Positions 58,283 through 64,000 of a DNA stretch of 64,000 nt are shown piece after piece. Below the pieces are notes generated by a model. The model had not been told where the DNA came from. It did no database searches and saw nothing but the letters and a program-made list of their open reading frames with translations. Source of the stretch: Bdellovibrionales bacterium (lineage in GTDB: Bacteria > Bdellovibrionota > Bdellovibrionia > Bdellovibrionales > JAUICD01); contig CBDANC010000015.1 in assembly GCA_965197425.1 (NCBI GenBank), forward strand, positions 384,001 to 448,000. Reading direction: 5' to 3'. A program made the position numbers and the translations under genes. Each line of letters opens with the position of its first letter. Position 1 is the first letter of the stretch.

Positions 58283-58485
58283 CACCTTTAGTAGCAGGAT
58301 CAGCTGTGAAGTCCACCAGGAAGAAAGAGCCACTTGGCAAAAAAAAGTAGGCATAGCCTCCTTATTTTTTGCCTCGTTCGGAAGACCTCTGTGGGAATGG
58401 ATCAACATCGTGTCCAGAGCTGGGCAACTCACTCAGCCAAAAAGCAAACAAGTTCGCTTTATTGGCCTCGTTAAGAAGACCTTTA
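58283..58485 (+). repeat. Family-B dispersed repeat (2 units)
   Basis: Two head-to-tail units, each ending GAAGACCT. Confidence 0.88.
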
Positions 58486-58550
58486 GGGTTATTTCTTGCT
58501 AAACAATTAATTGTGTTCTATTTTCGTATTCTTTTGGGAGGTGGGTTGTG

Positions 58551-58859
58551 ATGTCACTTGCCTATGCACAGAGCGGTCAAGCTTCAGGTCCTAGTGCCTT
58601 GGAGGCAATGGTTCCTTTTATTTTAATATTTGCAGTATTTTATTTTTTGATGATAAGGCCTCAATCGAAGCAAAGAAAACTTCACAATAAATTTTTATCA
58701 GAGCTAAAGCGTGGTGATGAGGTTGTAACTGTAAGTGGTGTACTCGGTAGAGTTGAAGGTATTACAGACAAAATTGTTGTATTAGAGGTATCTGATGATA
58801 CCAAAATTAAGGTACTGAAATACAAAATAGCTGGGCCATTTAAAAAGGAGAGTACATAA
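58551..58859 (+). CDS. yajC: Preprotein translocase subunit YajC
   Basis: FYFLMIRPQ and LKRGDEVVTVSG. Confidence 0.93.
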   Translation: MSLAYAQSGQASGPSALEAMVPFILIFAVFYFLMIRPQSKQRKLHNKFLSELKRGDEVVTVSGVLGRVEGITDKIVVLEVSDDTKIKVLKYKIAGPFKKEST

Positions 58860-58860
58860 A

Positions 58861-60543
58861 TTGCCAGGTTCTTCATTTCGTTTTCGCTTTATCATAATTT
58901 TCCTTGTGGTTGGGTTTTGTATACACTCCCTGTTACCTAATTTTATTGAGGCTGAAAGCCCTCTTTTACCTAAAAAAAAGATAGTGTTAGGTTTGGATAT
59001 TCAAGGTGGTTTACACCTGGTTATGGAAGCCAGGATTGAGGATGTTCTAAAAGAACAAAACACAAGAGATGCACTGAGTATGGGCGATTACTTTAAAAGA
59101 CAAGGTATAGATGATGCCCTGGCTAGTCCAATAGAAGAAAATAACTCCTATGCAATAGAGATAACTAGCTTAGATACTACTAGAATTGGTGAGCTGCTCA
59201 ATGAGGACTGGCCTTCTTATTTGATTGTAGAAAGTAGTTTGAATCGTCTGGTTATAAAGCAGAGCGAAGTTTCTATCAGGGATTTTAGAGATCGCATAGT
59301 AGGACAATCTATTGAAACTTTAAGAAATCGTATTGATGCATTTGGTGTGACAGAACCTAGTATAACCTCACAGGGACAGAATAGAATCTTGATCCAAATC
59401 CCCGGTTTGGAAGAGTCTGACTATAACAGGGCAAAGGATCTTATAAGTAAAACTGCCAGGCTGGACTTCATGTTGGTATCCGATGAAACTCAAGATCTAT
59501 CCAGGTGGATTGAAGATGCCGAGACTGCTGGTGGGTATGACATTAATTCTATAGGGGGTTATACCAAATACATCGATAGGTTAAATGAGGATATTAGAGA
59601 TAAGCTGACTCAAAATCAGGTTTTATTATTTCAAAAACCCGAAAATGTTACAGACATTGAAGTTGGTAGAATTCCCTACCTGTTAGAGCGAACAGATGTA
59701 GGTGGTGATGACTTAAGGGATGCATTTGTCTCAATAGGTGAAATGAATCAACCAGAAGTTAGCATTAACTTTAATCCTGATGGTGCCAGACAATTTGCTA
59801 AGTTAACAGGTGATAACATAAACAGGCAACTCGCTATAGTGCTGGATAACACTGTCTACTCCGCCCCTAATATTCAGTCTAGAATACCTAATGGCAGGGG
59901 TAGGATAACATTAGGAGGTGGTGGAACCTATGAGTCTATCATGTCTGAAGCTAGAACAATATCAATGGCTCTTAGGGCTGGAGCCTTACCAGCTAGACTC
60001 GAACAGCTGGAGGAGCGAACAGTAGGACCTACTTTGGGAAGAGATTCTATAGAAAAAAGTAAGAAAGCCATTTTAGTTGGTGGGTTGTTGGTGTTGCTAT
60101 TTATGTTGTTTTACTACAAGGGATTTGGGTTCGTGTCCAATATTACACTAGGATTAAACATGGTTTTGATAATGGGAGTGTTGACTTCTTTGGAAGCTAC
60201 TTTGACACTACCCGGAGTAGCTGGAATTGCATTAACAATTGGTATGGCGGTTGATGCAAATGTCATTATCTTTGAGAGAATTAAAGAAGAGTTGGCTAAG
60301 AAAGTTGGATTTGCTGCAAGTGTAGAGACAGGTTTTAGAAAAGGTCTATCTGCAATTTTTGACTCCAACATAACAACCGCTGCAACATCTGTTATACTAA
60401 TGTACTTTGGTACCGGGCCTGTTAGAGGATTTGCGGTAACTTTGCTTATTGGAATTGCTACCAGCTTATTTACTGCAGTATTTGTAACAAAAGTAATTTT
60501 AGACTATCAAATTCACAAACGAGGAAAAACTATTCCTATTTGA
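58861..60543 (+). CDS. secD: Protein translocase subunit SecD
   Basis: LGLDIQGG, RIDAFGVTEP and GMAVDANVIIFERIKEE. Confidence 0.96.
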   Translation: MPGSSFRFRFIIIFLVVGFCIHSLLPNFIEAESPLLPKKKIVLGLDIQGGLHLVMEARIEDVLKEQNTRDALSMGDYFKRQGIDDALASPIEENNSYAIEITSLDTTRIGELLNEDWPSYLIVESSLNRLVIKQSEVSIRDFRDRIVGQSIETLRNRIDAFGVTEPSITSQGQNRILIQIPGLEESDYNRAKDLISKTARLDFMLVSDETQDLSRWIEDAETAGGYDINSIGGYTKYIDRLNEDIRDKLTQNQVLLFQKPENVTDIEVGRIPYLLERTDVGGDDLRDAFVSIGEMNQPEVSINFNPDGARQFAKLTGDNINRQLAIVLDNTVYSAPNIQSRIPNGRGRITLGGGGTYESIMSEARTISMALRAGALPARLEQLEERTVGPTLGRDSIEKSKKAILVGGLLVLLFMLFYYKGFGFVSNITLGLNMVLIMGVLTSLEATLTLPGVAGIALTIGMAVDANVIIFERIKEELAKKVGFAASVETGFRKGLSAIFDSNITTAATSVILMYFGTGPVRGFAVTLLIGIATSLFTAVFVTKVILDYQIHKRGKTIPI

Positions 60544-60570
60544 AGGTAGATTTTTAAAAAGGACAATATC

Positions 60571-61614
60571 TTGAGAAACACACGGGTGGAGTATCCACTT
60601 GATTTTGTAGGAAAAAATACTCTGTTTGGGGTCATCTCCACGGTGCTGGTTTTACTTTCAGGGTTTTCTATATTTTACAATGGATTAAACTACGGGATTG
60701 ACTTTGCAGGTGGAGTGGAAATGCAGGTTCGCTTTAACGAAGAAGTTCAACCTCAAGATATTAGAAACTTGCTCTCCAAACTAGAGATAGAGTCAAGTCA
60801 AGTGCAACAATTAGGATCAGGCACTGAGTATTTGATTAGATTTGAAGATCGTCAAACAGACGGAGCAAATTTGGCAGAAGAAACAAAAACTGAAGTTACT
60901 ACCACCAGTGGAGTTTCCACTACGAGTGGAGTTTCCACTGACAAACTAACGGGTGAGGAAGCCATCAGTGGTGAAGTTACAGGTGATGAAGAAGAAGGTG
61001 TAGAAGTAAGTGGAACTGTAGCAGAGCTTAGAGCTGCTATTTTGAGTGAATTTTCAGGTCCGCCAGAGATACTTAGGGTTGATCAGGTAGGTCCTAGAAT
61101 TGGTTCTCAATTAAAGAGAAATGGTATGCTTGCTATATTTTATAGTTTAATTTTGATTTTGATTTATGTTGGTCTGAGGTTTGATTACAACTTTGCACCA
61201 GGAGCTGCTATTTGCTTATTTCATGATTCTATTATCACTCTGGGTGTCTTTTCTTTTTTAGGTAAAGAGATCAATGTTCAAATTCTAGCTGCAGTCCTTA
61301 CTATTATTGGTTATTCCTTAAACGACACAATAGTTATATTTGATAGAATCCGTGAAAACATCTCTTTGTATAAAAATAATAAACTGCCTTGGATAATCAA
61401 CAGATCTATTAATGATGTAATCTCCAGAACCTTACTAACTTCTATTACCACCCTAGTGGCTGTGGTTTCTCTATATGTATTGGCTGGAGGTGTTATATCT
61501 GACTTTGCATTTGCTCTAGGTATTGGAGTTATTATTGGAACATACTCATCCATATACATTGCATCACCTCTTGTTATTCAATTTGAAAAGTTGAAATCTA
61601 AAAAAAGAGTCTGA
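60571..61614 (+). CDS. secF: Protein translocase subunit SecF with a periplasmic insertion
   Basis: GIDFAGG and GYSLNDTIVIFDRIREN; 18-bp palindromic units at 60582-60599 and 60904-60939. Confidence 0.95.
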   Translation: MRNTRVEYPLDFVGKNTLFGVISTVLVLLSGFSIFYNGLNYGIDFAGGVEMQVRFNEEVQPQDIRNLLSKLEIESSQVQQLGSGTEYLIRFEDRQTDGANLAEETKTEVTTTSGVSTTSGVSTDKLTGEEAISGEVTGDEEEGVEVSGTVAELRAAILSEFSGPPEILRVDQVGPRIGSQLKRNGMLAIFYSLILILIYVGLRFDYNFAPGAAICLFHDSIITLGVFSFLGKEINVQILAAVLTIIGYSLNDTIVIFDRIRENISLYKNNKLPWIINRSINDVISRTLLTSITTLVAVVSLYVLAGGVISDFAFALGIGVIIGTYSSIYIASPLVIQFEKLKSKKRV

Positions 61615-61821
61615 TAAATCACATAACCCACCAATACTATGGTCGTATCAAGTGGTTATTACAGAAAAGCTACCTGGTTTATTCTGATAACTGAAATTTT
61701 CATCTGGACAAAAGTTATAAATAAGTATTTTTAGTTTTTGTATTTAATATTTTCACAAAAATGCCCGATTGTAAGCCTGAGACTTTCATGTCTTTGGTTT
61801 AAACATTTGAGGGGTGTAATT

Positions 61822-62697
61822 ATGAAAAGCATTAATATTTTAGTTTTTCTATTTGCAAGTTTTGTTTTGGGGGCTACGGAGGCAAACGTAGATTTGCCAG
61901 AGGCAAGTGCAAATGCTAACGTTGCGTTGCTGGAAGCTTCCGCTAGTGGTGATTCATCAGAAGTAGGTAGGCTTATTAGATCAGGTGCGGATGTTAATGC
62001 AAGAAATAACAAAGGTAGTACTCCTTTGCACTTAGCTGTAAGTAGAGGACACCTTGATGTAGTTAGGACTCTTATTCAATCTGGTGCTCACATAAATGCT
62101 ACAAGTCACGGGGAGAATGGTTTTGCTCCTATACACTTTGCTACTTATTGGGATCAGTTCGGTATGCTTACTTTATTGGTAAGAGCAGGTGCTAGAGTTG
62201 ATGTTATTACTCACAGAGGTAACACCGCTGTTCACTTAGCTGCTGGAAAAGGTAACAGAAAATTTATAGATTTCTTGGCAAATCATAAATCAAGTGTAGA
62301 TGGTCAAAATAAATTTGGTAATACTCCTTTACACTTTGCTGCTGCATTTTCAGATGACAAAGATTTAGCTAGTCTATTGGTCAGAAAACATAGCGCTTAT
62401 ATTCATGCAAACAACAAATATGATCAAATGGCACTACACTTCGCCGCTCAAATGGGCAATGTATCTGTTTTAAGGGAGCTACTTGGATATGGTAGTTATG
62501 TTGATCCAAAAGATGTAAACGGAAGAACTCCACTTCACTATGCTGCTGAAAAAGGTAATGCTGAGGCTACTGCACTGTTGCTGTCATACAGAGCTAACCC
62601 TAATACAAGAGATCACGGTGGTTACATGCCATCTGACTTGGCTAGACAAGCTGGGTTTTCTAACGTAGTAAATGTATTAGCTGACACAGGGTTATAA
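61822..62697 (+). CDS. Exported ankyrin-repeat protein
   Basis: Signal peptide; repeated G-x-TPLH-x-A motifs. Confidence 0.92.
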   Translation: MKSINILVFLFASFVLGATEANVDLPEASANANVALLEASASGDSSEVGRLIRSGADVNARNNKGSTPLHLAVSRGHLDVVRTLIQSGAHINATSHGENGFAPIHFATYWDQFGMLTLLVRAGARVDVITHRGNTAVHLAAGKGNRKFIDFLANHKSSVDGQNKFGNTPLHFAAAFSDDKDLASLLVRKHSAYIHANNKYDQMALHFAAQMGNVSVLRELLGYGSYVDPKDVNGRTPLHYAAEKGNAEATALLLSYRANPNTRDHGGYMPSDLARQAGFSNVVNVLADTGL

Positions 62698-62710
62698 GCA
62701 AAGTTTGCGA

Positions 62711-62845
62711 AGGAAGACCTTAGTAACTGGAGTTGTATTACACGCTACAAAGCTGGGCAGCTCTGATACTGAAAGTACCTTGGCTACACTTGTGCTTCGC
62801 ACAGCATTTCACCTAGGCAACTTTCAGTTCTTGCTGGGACCTTTA
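62711..62845 (+). repeat. Family-B dispersed repeat (divergent unit)
   Basis: GGAAGACCTT...AGCTGGGCA...TTGGCTACACTTG..CTTCG...GGACCTTTA, overlapping the downstream stop. Confidence 0.7.
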
Positions 62846-63127
62846 GTCAGAGAATACAATCAACAGGTCATTGGGCTTTAGTAAACTTAGTCTATCAATG
62901 GCCTGATTCTCTATGTAATCTGGATCGTGTGCGGTCTTTATCTTTTCTGATAACAAAACATAATCTTTTTGTAGTTTATCTATATTTTGAACCAACTCTT
63001 TCTTTTTGTTAGATAGTTTTATCAGTGCTATCACTGTTGAGTCATACGCAATGTTTACCAAGACAAACCCAGTACACAACAAAAAAATATAGAACGGTCG
63101 ATATACTATCCTCTTCACAAACTTCAT
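62843..63127 (-). CDS. Septum formation initiator (FtsB/DivIC-like)
   Basis: TM helix, coiled coil, and DPDYIENQAIDRLSLLKPND. Confidence 0.75.
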   Translation of the reverse strand: MKFVKRIVYRPFYIFLLCTGFVLVNIAYDSTVIALIKLSNKKKELVQNIDKLQKDYVLLSEKIKTAHDPDYIENQAIDRLSLLKPNDLLIVFSD

Positions 63128-63167
63128 CCCTTAATTCTAGCATATCAAAATAAAAAATCCTAGCTTC

Positions 63168-63306
63168 AAGGTCTTCCGAATGAGGCAAAAAATAAGGAGC
63201 CTTCGCCTATTTTTTTTTGCCGAGTGGTTGCCCAGTGCTGGAACAAGATTCTGATCCCGTTTCTTAAGGTCTTCTAAGCTAGGCCAATAAGGTGAACTTG
63301 TTTACC
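63168..63306 (-). repeat. Family-B dispersed repeat (full unit plus partial unit, inverted)
   Basis: AAGGTCTTC...GGCAAAA..TTTTGCCGAGTGGTTGCCCAG...GATCCC, then a second AAGGTCTTC. Confidence 0.88.
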
Positions 63307-63312
63307 TTTTTT

Positions 63313-63375
63313 CAATTGGCTCACGGGATAAATCTTTATATTATCCAATTGAAATAACCTCCCTGCGGTCGGTTT
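63313..63375 (-). repeat. Family-C repeat, copy 2
   Basis: Reverse complement matches 23653-23717. Confidence 0.8.
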
Positions 63376-63430
63376 TGGACTAGCGAGTTGTCCAGCTATT
63401 TGTGTGGTAAGTATCTTGCTCTATGTTAAG

Positions 63431-63516
63431 AGATTGGCTGTGAGGTCCACCAGGAAGGAGCCACTTGGCAAAAAGGAAAGCGAAGCTTCCCTTATTTGCC
63501 TCACTAATGGACCTTT
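63431..63516 (+). repeat. Family-B dispersed repeat (GCTGTGA head type)
   Basis: GATTGGCTGTGAGGTCCACCAGGAAG...GGCAAA..GCGAAGC..TTTGCCTC...GACCTTT, similar to 58297-58389. Confidence 0.8.
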
Positions 63517-63520
63517 GGCT

Positions 63521-64000
63521 TTACATCATGCCGCCCATGCCGCCCATGCCACCCATAGGAGGTGCACCAGATCCACTACCCCCATCTTTTTTAGGTGCAT
63601 CTGCTATCATAGTTTCTGTTGTAAGCATCAATGAAGCTACACTAGCTGCATTTTGCAGAGCAGATCTTACAACTTTAACAGGGTCTATAACACCAGCTTT
63701 GATTAAATCTTCGTAGTTTTCTGTTAGAGCATTGAACCCATGACTGAAGTTATCATTTGAAATTACTCTGTCTAGTACAATAGCTCCATCTAGCCCTGCA
63801 TTAGCAGCTATTTGTCTTAAAGGCTCTTCGCATGATCTAATTATGATGTTTGCCCCAACTTTGTCACTAGTATCAAGCTTTGCAGTGTTCAAGGCTTGAG
63901 ACGCTCTTATCAGTGCAGAACCACCACCTGTTACAATTCCCTCTTCAACCGCAGCTCTAGTTGCATTTAATGCATCTTCAACACGAGCCTTTTTCTCTTT
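63521..64000 (-). CDS. groEL: Chaperonin GroEL, 3' part (runs off the window)
   Basis: [28 protein letters not shown] and [10 protein letters not shown] tail. Confidence 0.97.
   Translation of the reverse strand, partial: KEKKARVEDALNATRAAVEEGIVTGGGSALIRASQALNTAKLDTSDKVGANIIIRSCEEPLRQIAANAGLDGAIVLDRVISNDNFSHGFNALTENYEDLIKAGVIDPVKVVRSALQNAASVASLMLTTETMIADAPKKDGGSGSGAPPMGGMGGMGGMM

Noticed and set aside
58369..58551. Short ORFs over family-B repeats (also 22447-22680, 31598-31852, 51682-51888)
   Set aside because: They run through non-coding repeats and have no protein signal, apart from the 10-codon four-helix remnant reported separately.
22449..63516. Family-B units as integron attC sites or CRISPR repeats
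   Set aside because: No RYYYAAC/GTTRRRY boxes; they flank core genes and are not regularly spaced.
63521..63560. Tandem GCCGCCCAT repeats
   Set aside because: Normal GGM tail of GroEL.
1..64000. tRNA, rRNA, transposase, integrase or reverse transcriptase genes
   Set aside because: None recognised by eye; a tRNAscan/Infernal/HMM run is needed to exclude divergent ones.

Overview
AT-rich bacterial chromosome segment, probably Bdellovibrionota-like (inferred from YQNC lipoprotein signals, a stand-alone spdEFG1-type EF-G and a REC-DnaJ-TPR protein). The backbone is housekeeping genes: rpoH, hisS, aspS, wzm/wzt, deoC, nhaC-like, nrnA, mgtE, greA, ETF-QO, rpsR, rpmB, rplX, lepA, metK, feoAB, yfgM/bamB-like, fusA, alkA, htpX, pyrC, M3 peptidase, nusB, nfeD/SPFH, yajC-secDF and the 3' end of groEL. 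The left edge carries two Fic genes and a HigBA-like pair. I saw no rRNA, tRNA, CRISPR array, transposase, integrase or reverse transcriptase. The unusual content is mostly repeat-borne. (1) A dispersed cassette encodes a 97-aa four-helix-bundle (23S-IVS/Avd-like) protein. It has 4 intact copies and 2 fragments, each placed just after a host stop codon, with 8-bp ATCGGGCA-type repeats, an SD-hiding hairpin and inverted-repeat ends. The same leader also fronts a ~170-bp hairpin element found twice. (2) An 18-bp palindromic unit (AGTGGA-GTH-TCCACT) occurs inside the coding sequences of deoC, nusB, secF and a hypothetical gene. (3) A modular ~100-bp REP/BIME-like family ending in GAAGACCTTT sits at 9 sites. 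(4) A 1.5-kb two-gene islet is integrated into the pyrC 3' end with a 39-bp direct repeat. (5) A 1200-aa Cys-rich lipoprotein gene splits the nfeD-SPFH pair and leaves a decayed nfeD duplicate. All comparisons were made by eye, so counts and boundaries need computational confirmation.
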